The translations under genes were made by a program, and so were the position numbers. Positions 38,901-49,809 of a stretch of 64,000 bases of DNA are shown here, in pieces. This stretch comes from Sphyrna mokarran (Eukaryota): assembly GCA_024679065.1 (NCBI GenBank), contig JAGIQG010000004.1:54436001-54500000 (forward strand), read 5' to 3'. The notes beneath the pieces were generated by a model. The model made no database searches. It worked only from the letters and a program-made list of their open reading frames with translations, and was not told where the DNA came from. Each line of letters begins with the position of its first letter. Positions within the stretch are counted from its first letter, which is position 1.

Positions 38901-39869
38901 ATTGCTTACATTGTTCAATTGTAACACCGTTGCGGCGACAAAGAACCAGACCCTGACATTTCATCACAACATCAATGCAAAATACTGCAGGGGCTGTACA
39001 TTTGAAATACAAATGGAAAATATCGGGAATGTTCAGAGGTCGGGCAATACCTGTGTAGAGAAACTGAGTTAACGTTTCGGATCATTTCGTCATCGACATG
39101 AAATGTTAACTTTGTTTCCCTCCATAGAGAGAACTGACCTTTTGAGGTTATTTCGTGTATTTCCATTGCTTAATTTCAAAATGAAAATATCCACTATACA
39201 TCGAGGTCAGTGGAAAACAATCCAGTGTTCTGTAAAAAGAATTCGTTAAAACCAGCTTTTCCTCCGGTGATAAAAAAAATCACGCCGAGCTGAAAGCCTC
39301 CAGTTTACAATTACACCTACCGTATACAGTAAGCTGGGTGCCAGTTCCAGTTTCAATAGATTTTTCTAGATATTTTACTTTACAATAATACACTCCGGAA
39401 TCTGCAAAAGTCACATTCAGGAATTCAAGCGAACTACTTCCCTTGCCCGCATCAAATCGCTTTCTGCTGTCTGGTTCGAGAAAGGATTGCTCTCCATGTT
39501 TCCACCAATGAACATCGGGCATATCAGGAAATAAGGGAAATGTGCAGAGTATGGAAGCATTCGCACCTGTGCTCACGTTCAAGTATTTAGGGATCTGAAC
39601 CACTTTGGCCCAAGTTACTCCGGCGGCTGTCAGGAAGGGAACAAAGGCGGTGATGTAAAAGATAAAGAAAAATATCTGAGAGAAGTAAATTATAAAAATA
39701 AGCAATCGAATTAGAGGAGCACAATATCCAATTTTACAGTAAGTAACAGCTGCAGAAACTTTTAAATTAGGACCTGCCGTTGTAAAATCGGCAGCATCTA
39801 ATAACGAAATGTACCTGGCCAAAACACGCCCAGAAGAGCCATGTAGTGAACTGTAACTTGTATCGACAT
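23761..39869 (-). CDS. Gene A: SIRP-like / non-rearranging antigen-receptor-like inhibitory IgSF receptor (leader-V-C1-TM-cytoplasmic 2xITIM), 314 aa; join(39815..39869,39321..39626,36047..36343,34568..34666,30048..30091,23761..23904)
   Basis: Six exons assembled by hand. All introns are GT-AG with compatible phases (1,1,1,1,0), giving a 945-nt open frame. Domain motifs are listed under the individual exons. Confidence 0.85.
24215..24330 (-). pseudogene. Decayed alternative tyrosine-motif exon of gene A (homolog of 7983..8093)
   Basis: Aligns with the paralog-B exon (KTSIMKNANP..QIEKILVYFQI vs KTEIREKANPRQKEESIVYSKI). The acceptor and first Tyr are deleted and the frame is shifted. Confidence 0.6.
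28403..28586. repeat. Palindromic (fold-back) Penelope-terminus element
   Basis: gtaagtagtctcataacaccaggttaaaatccaacagg ... cttgttggactttaacctggtgttgtgagactacttac inverted pair. Confidence 0.75.
29781..29876 (-). mobile_element. Penelope terminus with hammerhead motif
   Basis: Minus strand CTGACGA-a-ggaac(agcca)gtttc-GAA-AGCT-A followed by the same terminal sequence as the other copies. Confidence 0.65.
30048..30091 (-). CDS. Gene A exon 5, cytoplasmic (GAKRNSVEAGQNDET)
   Basis: Acceptor ttcttcttttctctAG, donor ACG|GTAAGA, 44 nt, phase 1-0. A homolog of the same length lies at 13374..13417. Confidence 0.82.
30510..34408 (+). mobile_element. CR1 LINE, long but inactivated (ORF1 esterase fragment, APE endonuclease, RT) with long 3' UTR; inserted in gene A intron 4
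   Basis: VVCLPGAGVQDV (SGNH-esterase-like ORF1); CFNARS, VTETW, VGDFN, SDH (APE); PQGSVLG, KFADD, RPHLEYC (RT). Several stops and frameshifts. Confidence 0.95.
34568..34666 (-). CDS. Gene A exon 4, transmembrane (EINLTHIFGCAGGILAVILLIIILTRLRLKASS)
   Basis: Acceptor atatttcAG, donor G|GTAAGA, 99 nt, phase 1-1. Hydrophobic helix followed by basic stop-transfer residues. Confidence 0.9.
36047..36343 (-). CDS. Gene A exon 3, Ig C1-set domain
   Basis: Acceptor tttccccctgttaaaAG, donor G|GTAAGA, 297 nt, phase 1-1. C1-set motifs FECKTAAFYP, ISW, YTCLASHISL. Confidence 0.93.
37845..38135 (+). mobile_element. V-SINE in gene A intron 2
   Basis: gggttcaattcc, gtggagtttgc, tgctccggtttcctcccaca. Confidence 0.8.
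38630..38731. promoter_or_regulatory. Candidate intronic enhancer: Ets-IRF composite element and STAT GAS site
   Basis: GGAAgcGAAA on the minus strand (38630-38639) and TTCCTCGAA (38723-38731) in a CpG-containing, apparently unique stretch of the V-C1 intron. Short motifs that could be chance. Confidence 0.3.
39321..39626 (-). CDS. Gene A exon 2, Ig V-type domain with germline-encoded J-like G strand
   Basis: Acceptor ttcccttcctgacAG, donor G|GTAGGT, 306 nt, phase 1-1. Motifs VVQxP, ILCTF, VHWWK, DSGVYYC, GTGTQLTV. Confidence 0.93.
39815..39869 (-). CDS. Gene A exon 1, signal peptide (MSIQVTVHYMALLGVFWP)
   Basis: ATG at 39869, hydrophobic core, phase-1 donor CAG|GTACAT. Joins the V exon to give ...FWPAAGVTWA-KVVQ. 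Confidence 0.7.
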
Positions 39870-40387
39870 GTTGCATTTCGTTGGCTACATACTGCAAATG
39901 ACAATGCTGCCTACGATGGTTTGCTAAGTAATAAATTCCATCGTTAAATTTCCGAAACGTGTGATCATGACATCAAAGATCCCATGATTGAAACAGCGTA
40001 TTGTGTTCGTTTACATTGGGGAGGGGGAGAGGTGGGGGAGGAAGGTCGCTGTAGAAGCTGACCTCCTAACCGGAAGACTATCACTTAAAGATCATTGTTT
40101 TTTTGCAGCCTTTTTCGGAACACTTCGTCCCGGATTTTCTTTGTCAATACCAGACTTTGATTCTTCACTTAATCCTGAAAATAAAGATGCCCGCTGCGGG
40201 CGGCCTTCCACCGCTTCATCTGAAATACCCTTCTTCCTGTTGGAGCGTAAAGTCTGCAAATATTTAGACCTGAGTACTTTGAACTGAGTGCTATCGGACC
40301 TCAAGCAACTTCCAGCCATCTGACTTGTAGCAGAATCATTGGAATAACCATTCAGATTAACAATCTTTCTATATTAGTTGCACTCCA

Positions 40388-40426
40388 ATCACCCGATGAA
40401 GGAGCAGCGCTCCGAAAGCTCGTGAT
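40388..40426 (+). ncRNA. Minimal type-I hammerhead ribozyme motif (Penelope-associated, core variant CCGAUGA)
   Basis: atcac-CCGATGA-a-ggagc(agc)gctcc-GAA-AGCT-C-gtgat: stem I atcac/gtgat, stem II ggagc/gctcc, palindromic AGCU in place of stem III. Confidence 0.55.
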
Positions 40427-41989
40427 ACCAAATAAACCTGCTGGACTTGAACCTGGTGTTGTGAGACTTACTATATTAATTTCAAAATTGTTGAGGCCAA
40501 CTGTAACCTCACAGAGCCAGACATGAAATTTTAGCTCTATATCTACATGTTTCCATTTTACAGTCCAGCAGATCTGATGCGCAACAAGTGATTCTCGTGG
40601 AAATAACAATAGCAAAATATCACGGATACCAGAAACCTGGAAAAAGAAACACAGAAAGCGCTGTGAACAACTCAGCAGGTTTCGCAGTATCTGCAGAGGG
40701 AGCAAACCAGTTAAAATTTCGAGTCGAATATAACTTTATTCGGAAAGAAGGAATTTTTGCCGTGTGTTGGGTGATTCCACAGATGGAATTGCCAGGAGAA
40801 GAAAACTAAATCAAACGTCGTCAAGCCGATTGTAAAAGGGAAAGACATCTCAATAAAAGTAAGGGCGATTACTCGCAACAATCAGTTTGTGGTGGGTTGC
40901 AGTTTTCAAATCCGCTCTTTTGTCGAGTTAGTTGATCTGAATCAGGAGAGGAAATTAGCCAGGAATCCTGTTCCTCGTTGGCGCCCGTTGCAGCTGCAGG
41001 CTCGGTAAGAACAGGATGAGACTAGACTGCAACTAACTTCCATCTGTATACTCGAAACCTCTGGTTCTTTTGCCAATCACCTTAAATCTATTTTATATTT
41101 CCCGATGTTTGTGTTACTGGGAACACTTCTTATTTTATAAAATTTTTTCATAACTTTAAGATCGCTATGCAGCCTCGTTTTAACCTTCTGGATTCTAAGG
41201 AAAACGACCATAGCTTCTCCGGCTTTTCCAACTAATTCCAATCCCTAACTTTGGCAAATGTTCAACAAATCTGCGCCCTTTCTAAATTCCCGACATCCTT
41301 CAAACTTGAGCGGAGTTGTTAACTCAGGTTGAACTTGTGGATTATGAAGGTTAAGAATAGCTTCCTTACTGCATCCTTCTCCCTGTTAAAGAAGTCCCGT
41401 GTTCTCAACAACTTCCTCATTTGTTCCGAAATCCATCAAATATCGCATTTTCTCCCCGAGATCTTTCACTGAAATCTCCTTTCTCTTTGCAATCAGTGAG
41501 ATCCGATTATCTCAGTTTCTCCTCATAGTTCTATATTTATGGAAGGTAGTAAAGGTGGCAGATCTTCAGTAAATATAAATGTAACTGAGCTGACATCTGA
41601 GCTAATTGGATGTGGGTTAGCCATACAATTACTTTTGTTATTTGGTGATAGTGAATGCCGTGAGGCATATAACAATGAAATGGAATAGATAGCATTTCTA
41701 TTTACTCCGTTCTGTTCTAAAGGGGGGAACTCCGGGTAGCACCTTAATTACCGAAGAATAATTGTCCGCCTCAACTGTCTTCCCTTACTGAATCCAATAT
41801 TTGCCCAACTCTTCACTCCTATAGAGGAACCTATTATCCCGCGGGAATTTACAAGGAACAACTAAAATTTAAAAAAAAATCATGATGGTCAACATTGGAA
41901 TAGCTCCAGAACGCCAAGCTCAAGAATGTCTTAATTGGTTGTGATCTTTCTCGTCACTGCTGCTGAATTTTTCAAAGGGCAGAAAGTGG

Positions 41990-42305
41990 CGGCACGGTGG
42001 CACAGTGCCTCTACTAACTAATCCACTGATGCCTCACAGCTCCAGGGACACGGGTTCGATTTCAGCCTTGGGTGTAAAGTTTGTACATTCTCTCGAAGTC
42101 TGTGTGGGTTTCCTCCAGGTGCTTCAGTTTTCTCTCACAGTTCCAAGTTTAAGTGGACTGGCCCTTAGTGCCCCAAGTGTGTAGTTCAGGAGGATTGTGT
42201 GGGATTACAGAGATGGGGATGGGGGTGTTTGGTAAACTGTTCTGTAGGAGATTCGGTGCCGATTCGATGGGCAAAATGGCCTTCTACCGGACTGCAGGGA
42301 CTCTC
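41990..42305 (+). mobile_element. V-SINE
   Basis: ggcacggtggcacagtg head, gggttcgat B box, V core. Confidence 0.8.
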
Positions 42306-44449
42306 AAAATGCTGCATGACATTTTCCATTAGAAGCACGTGCAGTCATGAGTAAACCATAAAAATATGTCAGAGACTAAAATTTTTAATTGAACAGAAGA
42401 TCTAGAATTATGAAAACAAAATTGATGAATGTTGGAAACATGAAATTAAATATCAAATATTCGAAATGGAATTCAGAGGTCCTGACTTCTGTGAAAAAAG
42501 TCAGGAGTCATAGAGAGACTGATGTACTCCTGAAGGTTGAATCATATGACCTTGTTCATGTAATATGAAATGACATTGGAACAAGAGTCGCGCTCTTCAG
42601 CTCTGTGATAGGGGCAATGAATGGAGAATGAAAGGAGGGAAGCGGTGAATGGGAGGGTATGAGAGGGAAGCAGCTAATGGGAAAGTTAGGGCAGCGAGCG
42701 GGAAGTTTGGGAGAGGGAAGTGGCGGGTAGGAGTTTCAGCAAGTGGGAAGTTTAGGAGAGGTGGTGAGCAGATGAGCCGGGAAAAAGTGGTGAGCGGAAG
42801 CTTCGAGAAAGCAGCAAACATGAGAAAGGTAATGGGGTCAGTAAATTACATGGAGTTAACAAGTTAGTTGGAGCATTTTCTGCCAGCTAGGTTTAAAGCA
42901 GCACATAGAATCTTTCAATCAGCTTTATATAACAATGCTGAGTCTATTAGAGAGATGGCATTTGGATTTAATTGATGATGGTAAACAAACGTGTCAACCT
43001 TAGTTCATTGATAGTACTTCGATTCCTGGCTTGGGTCACTGTCTGTGGAGTTTTCACGTTCTCCTTGTGTCTGCGTGGGTTTCTTCCGAGTGCTCCCATT
43101 TCTTGCCATAGTCCAAAGATGTTCAGGTTAGGTGCATTGACCATGCTAATTTTTTCCTCAGTGTAACCAACCGCGCCGGAATGTGGGGACAAGGGGATTT
43201 TCACAGTAATTTGATTTCAATGTTAATATAAGCCTCCTTGTGACATGAATAAATGAACTTTAACCTTAACACTTTCTCCATACGCCAAAGGTGATGGGCT
43301 CTGTTCCCACGCCAATAAGATCAACACAAATTCTAGCAGCACCGATGAAGAACTGCGTGACAGAGGATGCTCTATTTTGGACGAGATGTTGGAACAAGAC
43401 TCCCTCATTCTCCAGCCGTGAATGTAAGTAATGCCAGAAGATTATTGGAGTAAGAGCAGACTTCCATACAATATTTATCATTTGTTCATTAAAAGTAAAT
43501 GGACGGAATTTTTCGACCCTTGCTCCTGCAAGTGAACGCGAAAAATGTAGCGTTCAGCCAAATGCCATTACCTGCAGCAAAACCAGAGAATCCCGTCGGC
43601 ATGGACGCCAGAAAATATCTTATTTATCCGTGTTGTTTGGGGGACTCTGCTTTGCACAAATTGTTGTCTATTTCCAAAAAACAGTGACTGCATTTTGAAA
43701 TGTACATCATTAGTTAAAACGCTCTGGGAGGCTTGTATAGCTCGTCTTCAAGGCTTGTACAGACTTGCTTTCTTTTCTTGAACGCCAGTCGCGCTGCGGA
43801 TTCCCTGATCCTTTACAGGACCAAAGATTTGGCTCAGTGCCAAATTCTCCATCCTATCTTCCGCAGGGCGAGAGCAGCCGGAAAATTATGATCTATATGT
43901 GATGCATATTTTTCTAATGGTCTTGTTGTGCAAAACAAACTCCACCAACTTAATTGGAGTTTTTGTAAGTAAACGGGTGGGCATTTTGCTGCACTGCGAA
44001 GGATTAGATCAGATATATCTATACGACTAAAAGGGATACGTTGTTAAAGCTTTTTCTCTTGTACTGATCAGGTAAAATGCAAGAATATCATATTTCAAAC
44101 CAACAGAAAAAGTTATGCCACAGGAGATTGCTTTACAAGTCAACTCTGATTGGCCAAAATATTGCAATGATAAAAGCAACTGGGAACTATAGATGCTGCA
44201 TGCTTCCAGGCAATTCAGAAAGATGCAGAGCATGTTCATTTTGTTTCAGAGAACCGGCCCCTGAATTTGAACGAAGGTTATAAGTAGCATGTATATGTAG
44301 CATGTAAACAGCCATATTACTAACTTGACTAATTACTTTATTTGTTTGTTACTATATATAGCACAGGCACAATTGTTCAGTAAGTACTGCCAAAATCACA
44401 TCTAACAGTCGATGTTTGGTTTAGATTTTGCAAACATGGCCTGTAGACC

Positions 44450-45400
44450 ATAAAGACCACAGGATATAGGAGCAGAATTAGGCCATTCAGTCCATCAACT
44501 CTGCTCTATCATTTGATTATGGCTAATATGTTTCACAGCCCTATTCTCCTGCCTTTCCCCCCAACTTCGATCCCATTAACAATCAAGAATTTATCTTCTC
44601 TGTCTTAAATAAACTGAATGAGCTGGTCTCCAAAGCTTTCTGTGACAATGTATTCTACAGATTCGCTATCCTCTGACTAAAGAAATTCCTCCTCATCTTT
44701 GTTGAAAAGGGTTGTCTCTGTATTCTAAGACTATGCCTTTGGACCCGACTGTTTCCTATTAATGGAAACATCTTCTCCACATCCATCCTATCCAGGCCTT
44801 TCAGTATTCTATAAGTTTCAACAAGATTCCTCTTCATCCTTCTAAACTTCATTGAATAAAGATCAGAGTATACAAATTCTCCTCATACATCAAGACTTTC
44901 ATTTCTAGCATCATACTCATGAACCTTCTCTGGACCATCTCCAAAGTCAACACATACTTCCTTAAATGTAGGGCCCAAAATTGCTCACAATATTTCAAAT
45001 CTGGCCTGACCAGAGTCTTAGAAAACCCCAGCAATGCATCCCTGCTTTTGAATTCTAGTCCTCTTGAAATGAGTGCTAACATTACATTTGATTTCCTAAT
45101 TATCAACTCAACCTGCAAGTTAACTTTATGAGAATCCAGAACTTGGATTCCCAAGTCCCTCTGCGCTTCTGATTCCTGAATGCCTTCCCCATTTAGAAAA
45201 TAGTCTATGCCTCTATTCTTTCTACCAAGGTGCATAGCCTTACACTTTCCCACATTGTATTCCGTTCGCCATTTCTTTGTCTACTCTCCTAACCTGTCCA
45301 AATATTTCTGCAGCCTCTCAGTCTCCTCAATACTACCTGTATCTCCCCTAAATTTTCTCACCTGCAAACTTTGCCACAATGTTATTATCCATTATAGCTG
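44450..45400 (-). mobile_element. Old CR1 3' fragment
   Basis: KTLVRPDLKYCEQFW, ETYRILKGLDR. Confidence 0.85.
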
Positions 45401-46108
45401 AAAATAAAGCAAATTGTACACAAAGCTAGTTCTGAAATATTCTCAGAAAAACAGTGACATTTCTCTAAATTTAATTATATTTTAACATTCAAGCTGATTT
45501 CAAGATTTTTAGTTCGCATTTCAGTTTTCAAAATCAGCACGGCGGGGATCGCAAAACATATTTACAAATGTTTTGTTGAGAGATGCAAGGTTTCAAATTA
45601 ATGTCTTAAGTTACTTTTCATCTCAATTTTGAACGAGTAACACAGGCATTATGCAACTTGCAGGTCCCAAAATGGGCGCAGCGTCTAACCACAAGTGTTT
45701 CCATTATATCATGAGCAGAATCGCTGTGCAGTTCTTGCAATTTCCCATTAGCTTTACCTGCCAGTGCACGTTGCGGTATCCAATTAGCTGACTGAAGAAA
45801 TCAGCTATAAGAAGAGACATCTTCCACAGACAAGTTGCAAAGATTCTCACTCGAGTAACTGCAATTGCGCATTACAAACTGAAATCTATGTCTTTGTAGT
45901 CATCATCAGAATTGAATAAATTATAAATAGGAAGAATTTACGAAGTCTAGCAAATGGAAATAGGAGTTAAATTCACACATAAAGACCACCCACTGAGTCA
46001 CACACATAGAACAAGTGGTATTTATAATGTGCCTTCAACATAGTAAATTATCATAAAAACATTATCAAACACTTTTTAATACTGAGCAATGTTGGTGACT
46101 GGCATACT

Positions 46109-47200
46109 TTAGAGGAAGTAAGAAGTCTCAAAACACCAGGTTAAAGTCCAACAGTTAATTAGATAGTAAACTCACAAGCTTTCAGAAACGCTGTTCCTTC
46201 GTCAGGAATGTGGAAAGTTCTGATCAGAGAAGGGCAAATAAAGACAGTTTACAGAATACTGATTAGAATGCGAGTCTTTATAGCTAAACTGCTATTCAAA
46301 TCTTAAAGATGCAGACAATGTGAATAGAGACAGCATTACGCATAGATTAAAGAGATGTGTATTGTATCTAGGCAGGACAGTAAGTGGGATTTGCAAGTTC
46401 AGGCAAGTCATGGGGGTTATAGATAGTGCAACATGAATCCAAGATCTAGGTTGAGGCCATCCACATGTGTACGGAACTTGGTCATCAGTCTCTGATCAGC
46501 AACTGCACTGTCGTGTGTGGTGAAGGCTGCCTTGGAGAACGCTTACATGAAGATCAGAGGCCAAATCCCCGTGACCGCTGAAGTTTTCGCCAACAGGAAG
46601 GGACAGCCTTGCCCGATGATGCCATGACAATGGATGAATGAACATCGCTTGACAATCTCCAGACAAGATTCTTCCCTTCCTGTTGGTGAACACTTCAACG
46701 GCCACGGGCATTCGGCTTCTGATCTTCAGGTAAGCATTCTCTAAGATGGCCTTCACAACACACGACAACGCAGAGTCGACAGCGTAGAGTCGTCGGATGA
46801 CCAAATTCTGCACATATGAGGATGGCCTTAACCCGGATCTTGGGTTCATGTCACACTATCTGTAACCCCCATGGGTTGCCTGAACTTGCAACCTGTCCTG
46901 TCTGGAGGCAATACACATCCCTTTAACCTATGCTTCATGCTATCTCCACTCATATTGTCTGCATTTTTAAGACTTGAACAGCAGGTTAGCTGTAAATTCT
47001 TGCATTCTAATCAGTATTCTGTAAGCTGTGTGTGCCTTTATATGCCCTTCTCTGATCAGAGCTTTCCACAAACCTGACGAAAGAAAAGCATTTGCGAAAG
47101 CTTGTGGATTTACTATCAAATAAACTGGTTGGACTTTAACCTGGTGTTGTGAGACTTCTTACTATGTTTACCCCAGTCCAACACCGGCATCTCCACATCG
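46109..47200. mobile_element. Penelope-like element remnant with inverted termini, probable GIY-YIG fragments and hammerhead-like motifs
   Basis: Inverted copies of gtaagaagtctcacaacaccaggttaaagtcca at both ends; DLHVSVLQG / DLQVSIL-like fragments on both strands; CTGACGA...GAAAGCT at ~47074 and antisense at ~46180-46206. Confidence 0.75.
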
Positions 47201-47279
47201 AGGCTTTAAAGGACCACAGAGAGAAGCTTTGGGGATGGAATTCCAGAACTTAGGCCCTTTGCAGCTGGAATGATCATCA

Positions 47280-48010
47280 GTTTTGATTTTGATTTGATTT
47301 ATTATTGTCACATGTATGAACATATAGTGAAAAGTATTGTTTTGTGCATGCTGTGAGACAAAGCATACTGTTCATAGAAAAGGAAAGGAAAGAGTGCAGA
47401 ATGTAGTGTTACATTCATAGCTAGGGTGTTGAGAAACTTTAAATTAATGCAAGGTAAGTCCATTCAAAAGTCTGAAAGCAGCAGAGAAGAAACTTCTTGA
47501 ATCATGTTGGTACGTGACCTCAGACTTTTGTATTTTCTCCCTGATGGAAGAAGGTGGAAAAGAGAATGTGCAGAGTGTGTGGAGTCCTTAATTATGTTGG
47601 TTGCTTTGCTAAGCTAGCGGGAAGTGTAGACAGAATCAATAGATGGGAGGCTGGTTTGCATGATGGATTGGGCTACACTCATGACTTTTTGTAGTTCTGC
47701 GCATATTGGGCAAAGCAGGAGCCAGCAAGATGTGATACAACCAGAAAGAATGCTTTCTATGGTGCATCTGTAAAAGTTGGTGAGAGTTGTAGCTGACACG
47801 CCAAATTTCCTTAGTCTTCTGAGGAAGTCGAGGCGTTGGTGGGCTTTCTTATCTGTAGTGTCAGCATGGGGGCACTAGGACAGGTTGTTGGTGATCTGAA
47901 CCTCTAAAATCTTGAAACACTTGATGCTTTCTACTTCATCCCCGTTGATATAGACATGTTCTGTACGCTTCCTGAAGTCGATAATAATCTCCTTCGATTT
48001 GGTGATATTG
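47280..48010 (-). mobile_element. Rex1/Babar-type LINE 3' fragment
   Basis: LTNFYRCTIESILSGCIT; short tandem tail at ~47280-47300; homologous to 14000-14520. Confidence 0.78.
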
Positions 48011-49809
48011 TCTGACAATGGCAGAGTGATGAAAATTGGAGATAGAGCGGAGGCTACAACTGAAGTCGACTCAAGCTCCTAGAGATTTTTGAAAGCTAGG
48101 TTGGGAATTTTAAACTAATGGTGCTGTAGGACCAGGAGGCAATGTTGATCAGCAAGTATAGAGTGATGAATTAACAGGACAAGGGATGAGTTATACGCAT
48201 GTACACAAATTCATATAAGCACACACAATACACATTCACATATAAGCACTTGCATGTGCAGAAACACAGGCACACATAGATATTCACACACAGTCATGAA
48301 TAGTCACTTTGCAGTACAAAACTTTAGAATTGTTGATGATATAAGTTGAGATGTGATTTTTTTTTCAATCTGTCCTGGTAAGTTAAAGACAAAAAGCTTG
48401 AACAGCATATTTCTTTTTCAGCAATGCTCATGAATGGAAAGGCTTATATTTTTGGAGCAACTTGCATGACTTCAGGTTACCCCAAAACATTTTTCCACCA
48501 ATGAAGCTTATTCATATATAGCATGTTTGCATCGTTAGCCAGATCAGCATTTATTGCCCATTACTAGTCGTCCTTCAGAAGATGGTGGTGAGCTGCCTTC
48601 TTGAACTGCTACAGTCAATGAAATGTAAGTACAGCCACAATGCTGTTAGGAACGGAATTCCATGATTTTGATCCAGCGATAATGGAACAGCGATATATTT
48701 TGAAATAAGAATGGTGTGTGACTAGGAATACATACACAAGCTCATATACACACAGATAATCCAATAGGCATTCACACACATATACAAACATATTCATCTA
48801 TGTAAACATATACTCACATGTAGGCATACATGCAGACATACAGGTAGGGAAATTGTGAAACACTTAAATGGAAAACAATGGATCAATCTACTTCCTTGCT
48901 CAAGCAGCATGTTTATATTTCCACATTCCCTCATTTTTATACACATTTTGTCTATAGTATTTTGCTTATCCAGGTTTCCACCTTACCATAGCGACCTTAG
49001 ACAAGCTCACAAATGAAATTCTCTGTGCTATGACTACACAACCTCTTCATTGCAAAGACTGTCTTCTATTACTCCTGTAACATTATCTGTCGTCACCCCA
49101 TCTCAATCCTCCGAACTGGAACAGTTAGCCATGCCGAATTAAATTCCATTACAGAAATACAAGTATACAGAGATATGAAATGGACTGTCCACCTGCTTGC
49201 ACCACTATACACAGTGACAATTATACCAATGTATTCCTGACTGATTTCTTCCATCCTGCTGACTTCCAGTTCGTATGGCTTTAGTTCATTCATAACTCTG
49301 CTGCCAACATAATTTCTTGCACCAAATCTCCTATGACCTTTACTCTTATTGTGGCTGATCTACAATTGTTCCCCAAACCCTCGTGCCTCAAATGTAAAAT
49401 TCTCATATATAGTTAGATTTAGTCTTGACCGTGATCTTCCTCACATCAGGAACTCGTCCAGCCAATCACCCCCCTCCCCACCCTATTATTCATTCCTTAT
49501 CTGCGGAACGTAACACATTACCCAAACTTTTACATTCATTGCTCAGACCTTATTCTCTTTCTAAACTTTCCTGCACTTCTGTTAACATTGTCTTTATTTC
49601 GAAGGGGATAGAATCCCAACAGTGCAAAAGACTATGCGATCCATCAAGTCTGCACTGACTCTTCAACAGAGGAGTCTACCTCGGCCGTATTCCCATAATC
49701 CCATGTTTTCACGCCGTTATTCTTGCTTACCCACACATCCTGGGATTCTGAAGGGTTATTTAATATGGCCAATCTACCTAACCTGTTAGAACCACTTCTT
49801 CAATGAAAC

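Noticed and set aside
36047-39626. Rearranging TCR/Ig locus
   Set aside because: V and J-like strand are in one exon, no RSS heptamer-spacer-nonamer was seen, the TM lacks charged residues and the tail carries ITIMs.
23761-39869. Assigning the symbol SIRPA, NCR3LG1 (B7-H6) or TAPBP
   Set aside because: Only one C1 domain, no ER-retention tail, and orthology cannot be shown without phylogeny or synteny.
39280-39897. 205-aa ORF as a single-exon membrane protein
   Set aside because: The N-terminal part is intron read-through; the real leader exon is in another frame and the V exon is bounded by clear splice sites.
42600-42860. Purine-rich gggaag-type imperfect repeat
   Set aside because: No regular unit or spacer structure; not CRISPR-like and likely low-complexity or retroelement-derived.
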